Below are positions 36,801 through 47,580 of a stretch of DNA of 64,000 nucleotides, piece by piece. This DNA is from Haliotis rufescens. Lineage: Eukaryota. Made by a program: the position numbers and the translations under genes. The stretch covers positions 22,134,001-22,198,000 of the forward strand of contig NW_025963824.1 of the NCBI RefSeq assembly GCF_023055435.1, written 5' to 3'. The notes under the pieces are model-generated. The model was not told where the DNA came from and made no database searches. It worked only from the letters and a program-made list of their open reading frames with translations. The first letter of the stretch is position 1, and each line of letters opens with the position of its first letter.

Positions 36801-39800
36801 TGTACTACGTGGGTAAGTATGGTGAGAGTGTACTACGTGGGTAAGTATGGGGAGAGTGTACCACATGGAAGGTATGGTGAGAGTGTACTACGTGGGTAAG
36901 TATGGTGGGAGTGTATCACATGGAAGGTATGGTGAGAGTGTACTACGTGGGTAAGTATGGTGAGAGTGTACTACGTGGGTAAGTATGGTGAGAGTGTATC
37001 ACATGGAAGGTATGGTGAGAGTGTACCACATGGAAGGTATGGTGAGAGTGTACCACATGGAAGGTATGGTGAGAGTGTACCACATGGAAGGTATGGTGAG
37101 AGTGTACCACATGGAAGGTATGGTGAGAGTGTACCACATGGAAGGTATGGTGAGAGTGTACCACATGGAAGGTATGGTGAGAGTGTTCTACGTGGGTAAG
37201 TATGGTGAGAGTGTATCACATGGAAGGTATGGTGAGAGTGTACCACATGGAAGGTATGGTGAGAGTGTACTATGTGGGTTAGTATGGTGAGAGTGTATCA
37301 CATGGAAGGTATGGTGAGAGTGTACCACATGGAAGGTATGGTGAGAGTGTACTATGTGGGTTAGTATGGTGAGAGTGTACTACGTGGGTAAGTATGGTGA
37401 GAGTGTATCACATGGAAGGTATGGTGAGAGTGTACCACATGGAAGGTATGGTGAGAGTGTACTATGTGGGTTAGTATGGTGAGAGTGTACTACGTGGGTA
37501 AGTATGGTGAGAGTGTATCACATGGAAGGTATGGTGAGAGTGTACCACATGGAAGGTATGGTGAGAGTGTACCACATGGAAGGTATGGTGAGAGTGTACC
37601 ACATGGAAGGTATGGGGAGAGTGTTCTACGTGGGTAAGTATGGTGAGAGTGTACCACATGGAAGGTATGGTGAGAGTGTACTACGTGGGTAAGTATGGTG
37701 AGAGTGTACCACATGGAAGGAATGGTGAGAGTGTACTACATGGGTAAGTATGGCGAGAGTGTACTACGTGGGTAAGTATGGTGAGAGTGTTCTACGTGGG
37801 TAAGTATGGTGAGAGTGTACTACGTGGGTAAGTATGATGGGAGTGTATCACATGGAAGGTATGGTGAGAGTGTACTACATGGGTAAGTATGGCGAGAGTG
37901 TTCTACGTGGGTATGTATGGTGAGAGTGTTCTACGTGGGTAAGTATGATGGGAGTGTATCACATGGAAGGTATGGTGAGAATGTACTACGTGGGTAAGTA
38001 AGGTGGGAGCGTACGGTGCGAGTGTATGTGGGAGCATGGGGTTGGCATGTACAGTGTGAGTGTACTCACCGGCCAGGTCTACCAACTCCTCCTCTGAAGC
38101 CTCCGTAAGGATGTCGTCCCACTCTGTGTCAATGTTGAAGTCACCATCATCGTTGCTCTTCTTTGGCTTCTCCTCCTCCTTCTTCTTGAACACTTTGCCT
38201 GTACAACAACCAGACACAGGGCAAAGTCAGCATTCATTGAAAGCAACAAATAGAAACCAACAAACATAGATAACTTCTTTGTCCTCCAAAATCTGACGCC
38301 ACCATCCGCAGCATTACTGAACACCAACGTAATGGAGACAAAACGTCATGTCCTTGATTCATTGATCCTGAAAACTGTTACTACAGACAAAGAAGGTTTC
38401 ATTGTTAAATCTCTAAGTCGGTGGAGATCTAACCTCTTTCAACAAAGTATGCATGACTTCTTACAAGTTAAATGACTGGCCTGTCTTTTAAGCCTAGTTT
38501 GCAATACATTGAAATGAGTGTTTTTGAAACCAAACTTAACCCCTGGCAGGGAATGGTAGCAGGTTACCTCGGGTCTCCTTCACATAGCTCTTGTTCTGCT
38601 CCCAGTCCTTCTCCTGCTTGGCCTGGTTCTCGATGAACTTGAGCAGCTTCTGGCGGTTGAAGGGTCCAGTCGGCTCCTTCGACGTCTGGTCCCTGCATCT
38701 CAGGCCAGGGGGCAGCAGGGAGTTCTGACAATAGAAGGTGATTGTAGTAGTGTCAGATGATGACAGAGGGTGATTGTAGTAGTGTCAGATGACAGAGGGT
38801 GATTGTAGTAGTGTCAGATGACAACAGATGATGATTGGAGTAGTGTCAGATGACGACAGAAGGTGATTGTAGTAGTGTCAGATGATGAAGGTGATTGTAG
38901 TAGTGTCAGATGATGACAGAGGGTGATTGTAGTAATGTCAGATGATGAGGGTGATTGTAGTAGTGTCAGATGATGACAGAGGGTGATTGTAGTAGTGTCA
39001 GATGATGAAGGTGATTGTAGTAGTGTCAGATGATGACAGAGGGTGATTGTAGTAATGTCAGATGATGACAGAGGGTGATTGTAGTAGTGTCAGATGACGA
39101 CAGAGGGTGATTGTAGTAGTGTCAGATGACGACAGAGGGTGATTGTAGTAATGTCAGATGATGAAAGAAGGTGATTGTAGTAATGTCAGATGATGACAGA
39201 GGGTGATTGTAGTAGTGTCAGATGACGACAGAGGGTGATTGTAGTAGTGTCAGATAATGACAGAAGGTGATTGTAGTAATGTCAGATGATGACAGAGGGT
39301 GATTGTAGTAGTGTCAGATGACGACAGAAGGTGATTGTAGTAATGTCAGATGATGACAGAGGGTGATTGTAGTAGTGTCAGATGATGACAGAAGATCATT
39401 GTAGTAGTGTCAGATGACGACAGAGGGTGATTGTAGTAGTGTCAGATGACGACAGAGGGTGATTGTAGTAGTGTCAGATGACGACAGAGGGTGATTGAAG
39501 TAGTGTCAGATGACGACAGAAGGTGATTGTAGTAGTGTCAGATGACAACAGAAGGGGATTGTAGTAGTGTCAGATGACGACAGAAGGTGATTGTAGTAAT
39601 GTCAGATGACAACAGAAGGGGATTGCAGTAGTGTCAGATGATGACAGAAGGGGATTGTAGTAGTGTCAGATGATAACAGAAGGTGATTGTAGTAATGTCA
39701 GATGATGACAGAGGGTGATTGTAGTAGTGTCAGATGATGACAGAAGGTGATTGTAGTAGTGTCAGATGATGACAGAAGGTGATTGTAGTAATGTCAGATG

Positions 39801-41264
39801 ATGACAGAGGGTGATTGTAGTAGTGTCAGATGATGACAGAAGGTGATTGTAGTAGTGTCAGATGATGACAGAAGGTGATTGTAGTAATGTCAGATGATGA
39901 CAGAAGGTGATTGTAGTAATGTCAGATGATGACAGAGGGTGATTGTAGTAGTGTCAGATGACGACAGAAGGGGATTGTAGTAGTGTCAGATGATGACAGA
40001 AGGGGATTGTAGTAGTGTCAGATGATTACAGAAGGTGATTGTAGTAGTGTCAGATGATGACAGAGGGTGATTGTAGCAGTGTCAGATGATTACAGAAGGT
40101 GATTGTAGTAGTGTCAGATGACGACAGAGGGTGATTGTAGTAGTGTCAGATGATGACAGAAGGTGATTGTAGTAATGTCAGATGATGACAGAGGGTGATT
40201 GTAGTAGTGTCAGATGATGACAGAGGGTGATTGTAGTAGTGTCAGATGATTACAGAAGGGGACTGTAGTAGTGTCAGATGATTACAGAAGGTGATTGTAG
40301 TAGTGTCAGATGATGACAGAGGGTGATTGTAGTAGTGTCAGATGATTACAGAAGGTGATTGTAGTAGTGTCAGATGACGACAGAGGGTCAATTCAGTAGA
40401 GTCATATGACGCTTGAGGTCATTGTAGTAGAGTCAGATGATGACAGGGTGATTGTAGTAATGTCAGATGAAGACAGAGAGTCATTGTAGTAGAGTCATAT
40501 GACGCTGGAGGTCATTGTAGTAGTGTCAGATGACGACGGAAGGTGATTGTAGTAGTGTCGGATGACAACAGAAGGGGATTGTAGTAGTGTCAGATGACGA
40601 CAGAAGGTGATTGTAGTAATGTCAGATGATGACAGAAGGTGATTGTAGTAGTGTCAGATGATGACAGAGGGTGATTGTAGTAGTGTCAGATGACGACAGA
40701 GGGTGATTGTAGTAGTGTCAGATGATGACAGAGGGTGATTGTAGTAGTGTCAGATGACGACAGAGGGTGATTGTAGTAGTGTCAGATGGCGACAGAGGGT
40801 GATTGTTGTTGTGTCAGATGACGACAGAAGGTCGATGAAGTAGTGTCAGAGGATGACAGAGGTGATTGTAGTAGTGTCATATGACGACGGAGGTCATTGT
40901 AGTAGTTGTGATAATTACCCTAGATCCATTCACTAAATTTGCTCGGCTTTGGGTTTCAATTTACATTACACTGAAAATAGCTTTTCATCCAAATTACACT
41001 TCTGGGCGAGAAAGTCTCTTTGAAAATCTTTTGAGGGGATGATATAGTGATGACACCTCTAAAGCGGAGGTACAATTGGGACATGGGACAAGACAAGTAC
41101 ATAGCCAGCCTTGGTGACAGGAACAAGACACTCACATCGGGGTCAAAGTCTCCGTTGAGTTCCTCCAACTCCTCGGTTGTGAGCTGAGTCAGGAGATCGT
41201 CGAGGTCCTCCAACTCGATGTCCGGGACTTCCTTGTCCTTGTCCTTGTGCAGAATAGCCGACAT
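24820..41264 (-). CDS. TMOD: Tropomodulin (actin pointed-end capping protein), spliced CDS of 9 exons, 353 aa
   Basis: Manual splicing of 41264-41136, 38724-38568, 38198-38070, 31285-31199, 30528-30398, 30085-29978, 27028-26885, 26704-26557 and 24848-24820 gives 1062 nt in frame with all introns GT..AG. The protein has tropomodulin motifs (LLTQLTTEELEEL..DPDNSLLPPGLRCRDQT..PTGPFNRQKLL; ASEEELVDLAAVLG; LRR domain LNLNNIK, NVESNYISG, ELRVANQ, LGNQVEM). Confidence 0.96.
25159..25360 (-). mobile_element. Family B, diverged copy in the last Tmod intron
   Basis: Match with many CpG>TpG changes. Confidence 0.8.
25445..26306. mobile_element. Foldback non-autonomous DNA element with nested MITE (~25768-25983) and SINE
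   Basis: ~65-bp-arm hairpin at 25445-25597; tttattacttgcc / ggcaagtaataaa inverted pair; interrupts a ~25-bp minisatellite. Confidence 0.65.
25804..25889 (-). mobile_element. SINE family A, 5'-truncated copy
   Basis: 3' half only; perfect 13-bp TSD tcgtagggctaag (25791-25803 / 25890-25902). Confidence 0.9.
26557..26704 (-). CDS. TMOD: Tropomodulin coding exon 8 (KPELLGNQVEM...TNYDA)
   Basis: Acceptor ttccccag, donor gtgagt; 148 nt, ends phase 1. Confidence 0.95.
26885..27028 (-). CDS. TMOD: Tropomodulin coding exon 7 (KLAEALSENK...ELRVANQ)
   Basis: Acceptor ttcccag, donor gtgagt; 144 nt; LRR. Confidence 0.96.
27199..29950. repeat. 38/40-bp minisatellite, ~70 copies, fills Tmod intron 6
   Basis: Unit cagagacaataactcggctaccattaatcatgtacctt. 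Confidence 0.97.
29978..30085 (-). CDS. TMOD: Tropomodulin coding exon 6 (NLSIEQLL...TDKVAK)
   Basis: Acceptor ttccag, donor gtatac; 108 nt; LRR. Confidence 0.94.
30398..30528 (-). CDS. TMOD: Tropomodulin coding exon 5 (GHARAQQFK...LNLNNIK)
   Basis: Acceptor atgcag, donor gtgaga; 131 nt, phase 1-0. Confidence 0.94.
31199..31285 (-). CDS. TMOD: Tropomodulin coding exon 4 (AVLGFHSMLTQTQYY...GGFT)
   Basis: Acceptor gttgcag, donor gtaggt; 87 nt, phase 1-1. Confidence 0.94.
31300..32345. repeat. ~75-bp (60-81) minisatellite, ~10 copies, Tmod intron 3
   Basis: Unit ggaagggaggtaactctggacactgatacatattgatctgtagtgcattgcgtcgacaaaacacacggagacata. Confidence 0.93.
32015..32270 (-). mobile_element. Family B copy inserted in the 75-bp array
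   Basis: Perfect 11-bp TSD gaaggtaactc (32004-14 / 32271-81). Confidence 0.9.
34231..34395 (-). mobile_element. SINE family A inside the 27/28-bp array
   Basis: Full length; TSD gaaggtatggtgag. Confidence 0.9.
35051..35215 (-). mobile_element. SINE family A, duplicate of the 34231 copy
   Basis: Identical sequence and flanks at +820 bp. Confidence 0.9.
38070..38198 (-). CDS. TMOD: Tropomodulin coding exon 3 (GKVFKKK...EEELVDLA)
   Basis: Acceptor gtacag, donor gtgagt; 129 nt, phase 1-1. Confidence 0.96.
38568..38724 (-). CDS. TMOD: Tropomodulin coding exon 2 (NSLLPPGLRCRDQT...YVKETR)
   Basis: Acceptor ttgtcag, donor gtaacc; 157 nt; not in the ORF track but translates to the conserved Tmod motif. 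Confidence 0.96.
38727..40905. repeat. 32-bp minisatellite, ~68 copies, fills Tmod intron 1
   Basis: Unit gatgatgacagagggtgattgtagtagtgtca. Confidence 0.97.
41136..41264 (-). CDS. TMOD: Tropomodulin coding exon 1 (MSAILHK...GDFDPD); exon begins at 41278
   Basis: Acceptor gttgcag at 41279-80, ATG at 41264, donor gtgagt at 41135; 129 nt, ends phase 0. Confidence 0.92.
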
Positions 41265-41432
41265 CGCAGAGGTCAGGTCTGCAACATACAACACATCATG
41301 TTATACATATTTATACATTGCTAATTCCACACAATACATGCCAATAGGAAATACAATTATGTAGAATAATGATGCCAATACAACTGTGGTTTGATTCTGA
41401 TCATTAGAATCATGGACCAACCTGTGTCTTAA

Positions 41433-42930
41433 GTCTAGACCACCCACCATCAGGGTGGTCTGTGTCTGGACCATCCACCATCAGGGTGGCCTGTGTCTGG
41501 ACCACCCACCATCAGGGTGGTCTGTGTCTGGACCATCCACCATCAGGGTGGCCTGTGTCTGGACCATCCACCATCAGGGTGGTCTGTGTCTAGACCATCC
41601 ACCATCAGGGTGGCCTGTGTCTGGACCATCCACCATCAGGCTGGCCTGTGTCTGGACCATCCACCATCAGGCTGGCCTGTGTCTGGACCATCCACCATCA
41701 GGGTGGCCTGTGTCTGGACCATCCACCATCAGGGTGGCCTGTGTCTGGACCATCCACCATCAGGGTGGCCTGTGTCTAGACCATCCATCATCAGGGTGAC
41801 CTGTGTCTGGACCATCCACCATCAGGGTGGCCTGTGTCTGGACCATCCACCATCAGGCTGGCCTGTGTCTGGACCATCCACCATCAGGGTGGTCTGTGTC
41901 TGGACCATCCACCATCAGGGTGGCCTGTGTCCGGACCATCCACCATCAGGGTGGTCTGTGTCCGGACCATCCACCATCAGGGTGGTCTGTGTCTGGACCA
42001 TCCACCATCAGGGTGGTCTGTGTCTGGACCATCCACCATCAGGCTGGCCTGTGTCTGGACCATCCACCATCAGGGTGGCCTGTGTCTGGACCATCCACCA
42101 TCAGGATGGCCTGTGTCTGGACCATCCACCATCAGGGTGGTCTGTGTCTGGACCATCCACCATCAGGCTGGCCTGTGTCTGGACCATCCACCATCAGGGT
42201 GGTCTGTGTCTGGACCATCCACCATCAGGGTGGTCTGTGTCTGGACCATCCACCATCAGGGTGGTCTGTGTCTGGACCATCCACCATCAGGGTGGTCTGT
42301 GTCTGGACCATCCACTATCAGGCTGGCCCATCCACCATCAGGCTGGCCTGTGTCTGGACCATCCACCATCAGGCTGGCCTGTGTCTAGACCATCCACCAT
42401 CAGGCTGGCCTGTGTCTGGACCATCCACCATCAGGCTGGCCTGTGTCTGGACCATCCACCATCAGGCTGGCCTGTGTCTGGACCATCCACCATCAGGCTG
42501 GCCTGTGTCTGGACCATCCACCATCAGGCTGGCCTGTGTCTGGACCATCCACCATCAGGCTGGCCTGTGTCTGGACCATCCGCCATCAGGCTGGCCTGTG
42601 TCTGGACCATCCGCCATCAGGCTGGCCTGTGTCTGGACCATCCGCCATCAGGCTGGCCTGTGTCTGGACCATCCACCATCAGGCTGGCCTGTGTCTGGAC
42701 CATCCGCCATCAGGCTGGCCTGTGTCTGGACCATCCGCCATCAGGCTGGCCTGTGTCTGGACCATCCACCATCAGGCTGGCCTGTGTCTGGACCATCCAC
42801 CATCAGGCTGGCCTGTGTCTGGACCATCCACCATCAGGGTGGCCTGTGTCTGGACCATCCACCATCAGGCTGGCCTGTGTCTGGACCATCCACCATCAGG
42901 ATGGCCTGTGTCTAGACCATCCACCATTAG
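41433..42930. repeat. 31-bp minisatellite, ~48 copies
   Basis: Unit tggaccatccaccatcagggtggcctgtgtc. Confidence 0.97.
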
Positions 42931-43159
42931 GACACAATGACACAAGATTGTGTGAGTCACAGAGGCTGACGATCTACATGATCTAGTCTGATGTTGGGTT
43001 ACTGGGATCTTCCAATATCTAAATGTATTTCTGTGTAAACTTGCAAGGGAACACATGCCACATCACCTACAGCCACTGATGATGGGGGTGTAGGATTGGG
43101 CATACCATGGTGACTGGGACTGTTCTTCATACCTACCATTGCAGACCTCATTGTCCCTT

Positions 43160-43535
43160 GGCATGTTTAGAGAGGGTAGGAATGGAGTGTTTTCAGGGCA
43201 GGGCATGTTTAGAGAGGGTAGGATGAAGTGTTTTCAGGGCAGGGCATGTTTAGAGAGGGTAGGAATGGAGTGTTTTCAGGGCAGGGCATGTTTAGAGAGG
43301 GGAGGATGGAGTGTTTTCAGGGCAGGGCATGTTTAGAGAGGTTAGGAATGGAGTGTTTTCAGGGCAGGGCATGTTTAGAGAGGGTAGCGTGAAGTGTTTT
43401 CAGGGCAGGGCATGTTTAGAGAGGGTAGGAATTGAGTGTTTTCAGGGCAGGGCATGTTTAGAGAGGGTAGCGTGAAGTGTTTTCAGGGCAGGGCATGTTT
43501 AGAGAGGGTAGGAATGGAGTGTTTTAAGGGCAGGG
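43160..43535. repeat. 41/42-bp minisatellite, 9 copies
   Basis: Unit gggcatgtttagagagggtaggaatggagtgttttcagggca. Confidence 0.95.
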
Positions 43536-44908
43536 TACTAGTCGGGACGTTTAGGTGTGCCCACAAGAGGAACGTTTTTTTTAGGAAATTTTAAATTCTG
43601 TTGATTAATTGGTTACCCATGTTCATATTTTCACATGTTTTTGAACAGTCCATCACTGGCTTCACATAATAAAAGTTGTCACAAGGCATATATACATTTA
43701 TAAAAATGTGATTTTGTGCTTTTTAGCATGTTATTGTCAAAGCATTGAGAATGTATTTTAACCGTGTGATCATGTTTTTAAGCTTGCCAATAGGCACTTT
43801 TATAAGGAATTTTGAACCGTGAAGAGTGTTTCTACATTTCCTATGTTAAAGCAAATAGAGTTTGAGCGAGTAGTTTAATGCTGTAATTAGTGATATGAGC
43901 GAGTAGTTTAATGCTGTAATTAGTGATATGAATGATGAAACACAATCCTAGAAAACAGTGGACCAGCCCTAAAGAACATTCTATGATGACTAAGACAACC
44001 ATACTGACTGACAGTACCTGACAAGGTTCACTAAGTTCATCACGGAACACAAGTACCTGCTGCTGAAGACAGTACGAGGTAACTGCCTCTCACCATGTCA
44101 CTCACTCAAACATGTCACATAATGATGAGAGTATAAAAATTGTTGTGAACACTGTCGTCAAAATATTACATAAAACTCTCCACCCCTCTCTGTGCCAGTC
44201 TGCAGTAATCCAATCCCTAATACAATCTAAACGATTCCAAGGACAAATGGCAATACTGGCCATGATGATGAGACACAGGAAAATATCCAAACTTACCGGC
44301 CATTTTGAAAGTTTGCTTGTTTATCTGTGTTGATGTATAATTCTATAAGCCAGGGGAGAGGTAAATCCACCAGAGTAATGGAAACACGACAAGAGTTTGG
44401 TGCGCTACCTATGATGTAAAGAATAAGCCACACACTGCCGGTGCAGTTGGGCTGAGTATTGAGGCTCCCCACCCGTGGGGGAGCACAGCGTAACTTACAC
44501 AATTACATTCTAGGGTTACAAATCTATTTCCACTACCATAGACCCATGAAATAAAAGGTATCATGTTTTAATGTTTAACATGTGATAAAAACATAGATAT
44601 GAACATAAACCGTTGGGATGACCACTTTGACTGTAAGCATCATTAATACCATAGTTACTTGCAATTAACTCTCCATCTCATTTACTTTGAAAAAGCCTTA
44701 CAATTCTTAGATCAGATCAGGGGTTTTGACCAAAGAATCAAGAAAAATTCGTTCAAAGTGTTGACAGTATTTGTGTTTAAATATTTTAAGTACATGTACA
44801 CAAGTGTTGTGGTCCATTGACATGAATAAGCACTGGGCATGAGTTGCATCCACATTGTCTATTATTCAAACAAAGTGAAAAAAACACCTGATTTTCTCAT
44901 AGGACTAC

Positions 44909-45270
44909 TAGGGGTGAAACAATACACCGTTGCATTGAGAGTTTTCATGCCACGATACGATACACAATACGCCTTTTCAGTATTGATACATGACAATACA
45001 CTTGCTTAAGTAAATAACTTCCTCATTGAATGACCTGGAGCAATTTTGTCAGTGAGATATTGCAAAATGTGCTGAAATTAAGTGTTTCAAGTTCAGTAGA
45101 GAAAATAGCTGCTTTCCTTTTGAACCTGCTCGGATATATTTATAGTCAATCCTTGTGATTTGATGTAAATATGCATATCGCAATATGTATCGTATCGTGA
45201 CCTATGTATCGCAATATGTATCGTATCGTGACCTATGTATCGCACTATGTATCGTATCATGACCTTCCTG
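44909..45270. mobile_element. Degenerate hAT-like MITE with gatac/gtatc subterminal repeats and a 31-bp x3 repeat
   Basis: taggggtgaaacaatac start; cgatacgatac versus gtatcgtatcg inverted motifs; right TIR not clear. Confidence 0.45.
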
Positions 45271-45811
45271 TATTGTATTCATTGCCATGACAGATTAACT
45301 CGTCATATGAACAAATCAGGTGTTGTTTAATTCTTTTGAGTAGTAAACATGCTGTAGCAAGAACATGAAGAATGAAAACAACCATCCCAACACATCCAAT
45401 GACGTCCACAGAGCTACGGATAAGCTGCGTATTTGCGTAAAATACACCCCAAAACTAATCAAAACCCAATTACTTTCAATGAACTTGCGTAGAGAAACAC
45501 ATGAAAAAAATGAAAAACTCAATTGTTTGAAAACAGCACACGTAAATACCCAATGAAGCTTTTTCAGCATGTGGAGCTAATTTCCGTAACTTAGTTACGT
45601 GCTAATTTACTTTCTTACTCATTTAGGGATAAAAACCAATAGAGTGATGAATAGATAAGTGAAAAATCCAATGAAAAATGTAATCATGGTAATAACCCAA
45701 TTAAAATAGAAACCTTCAAGTAAAAACTCAATTGCTCAAAAAGTTAGCTGGAGCTCTGCGTCCATCAAAAAGGGAAGGTTTTGTGACACGTCCACAAACC
45801 AATTACCAGCT

Positions 45812-46079
45812 GTTTGATTGTTTGTTGTTTAAAGCCACACTCAGCAAATGTTCCAGCTATATGATGGCGGTCTGTAAATTATCGAGTCTGGACCAGACAA
45901 TCCAGTGATTGATATCATGAGCATCAATCCAAGCAATTGGAATACGATGACATGCATCAACCAAGTCAGCGAGCCTGACCACCCGATCCCATTAGTTGCC
46001 TCTTAGGACAAATATAGTCACCTTTTACGGCACGCATGGGTTGCTGAAGACCTATTCTCTACCTGGGTCTTCAAGGGTC
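45812..46079 (-). mobile_element. Family B copy
   Basis: Full length; imperfect TSD caattaccagctg/caataacgagctg. Confidence 0.88.
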
Positions 46080-46201
46080 CAATAACGAGCTGGCCAACAT
46101 TGTAGCAATGTGAGAATTAAGTCCACATCTTAAGAGTGATGATTAAGCAGATGACCAGGGTGAGATATTATTGTTTGTTTTCACTAGAGCACATAACTGA
46201 T

Positions 46202-46680
46202 CTGCTACAGAGTTGCCATCTACCCAATGGTGAAAGTGGCAGTCCGTAAGAAATATCCCTAGTCCTGCTACAGAGTTGCCATCTACCCAATGGTGAAAGT
46301 GGCAGTCCGTAAGAAATATCCCTAGTCCTGCTACAGAGTTGCCATCTACCCAATGGTGAAAGTGGCAGTCCATAAGAAATATCCCTAGTCCTGCTACAGA
46401 GTTGCCATCTACCCAATGGTGAAAGTGACAGTCCATAAGAAATATCCCTAGTCCTGCTATAGAGTTGCCATCTACCCAATGGTGAAAGTGGCAGTCCGTA
46501 AGAAATGTCCCTAGTCCTGCTACAGAGTTGCCATCTACCCAATGGTGAAAGTGGCAGTCCATAAGAAATATCCCTAGTCCTGCTATAGAGTTGCCATCTA
46601 CCCAATGGTGAAAGTGGCAGTCCGTAAGAAATGTCCCTAGTCCTGCTATAGAGTTGCCATCTACCCATTGGTGAAAGTGG
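46202..46680. repeat. 63-bp minisatellite, ~7.6 copies
   Basis: Unit tgctacagagttgccatctacccaatggtgaaagtggcagtccgtaagaaatatccctagtcc. Confidence 0.95.
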
Positions 46681-47298
46681 TTAATTTTACTAGTCTCAGA
46701 CCAGTGGACTTGTTACTTTTGAAGCCGGTCATGACCTGTCTGTGTTGTTCTTGGATTACATTATACGCCCCTTATTTACATTGTACGTTTTTATGCCATT
46801 TTCAACTGCGTACTTATCAGAAAAGGGAAAAAAAACCAAAACATTTCAAATTGTCCGTCCTCTTAATTAAATATCACCCTCCCCCATGGAGAGCCTCAAA
46901 ACTGCCAAACCATCTATATTTACCTAGGAATCAGTCATATGTACTCATTACTCATTAACCTCATTATAAGGTCACAACTAAAATAAACCCATGTCCTCCC
47001 ATCACCACCCTCAACAGACATTGAGGCAGCAGTCTCCTTCCTCATTGCTACTCATGTTCCTAAATCCCTGGTAAGGAAAATCTTAACATCAAATTATCAA
47101 TTTAGTTCCCATTTTTCCCACTATAGTGAGGAGGCTGAGAATACAACTATGGAGTAGGACATCTCAAAACCATATGTTTAGGTTTAATGTTATAAACAAG
47201 GTGCTCCCTCTCGTCAGTAGTGATGGTTGGGGGGCTCCTGAGGGGGGGATGACTGATGAGAAACATCACCATGTTGTCACAGAGTCTTGCAACAAAAG

Positions 47299-47580
47299 TG
47301 AGCGAGTGAGTGAGTTGGGTTTAACGCCGCTTTTAACAGTATTCCAGTTATATCACAGCGTGTCAGCTTAATGTGGGAGGAAAGCCCGAAGTGATGCAGG
47401 TCTCAGACGCTTACCACTTCAGTGAAACCCACGAGCACGTGTACGGTGCTGACAAACCTAGAAAAATAATCGGGGGAAACCGGGATTCAAACCCACAATC
47501 ATAGGTTTCTGGCGTGCCCAAGGGACGCAACTCTGCACGTCGAATCGTGGCGCCTTAGACGACTGGGCCACCAGTGCCCC
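47299..47580 (-). mobile_element. tRNA-derived SINE family C ((ACTC)n tail)
   Basis: Perfect 13-bp TSD cttgcaacaaaag; A box tggcccagtcgtctaagg, B box ggtttgaatcc. Homologues at 6161-6427 (+), ~8490-8708 (+), 58510-58578 (-) and ~63700-63780 (+). Confidence 0.85.

Larger units (their letters stand above)
32385..38015. repeat. 27/28-bp two-variant minisatellite, ~190 copies, Tmod intron 3
   Basis: Units gtgggtaagtatggtgagagtgtactac (28 bp) and atggaaggtatggtgagagtgtaccac (27 bp). Confidence 0.97.

Noticed and set aside
33986-37714. His/Tyr-rich repetitive ORFs on both strands
   Set aside because: Products of the 27/28-bp intronic array.
41455-42986. Long ORFs (497, 370, 184, 165 aa) in the 31-bp array
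   Set aside because: Stop-poor tandem repeat read in all three frames, antisense to Tmod; no domain.
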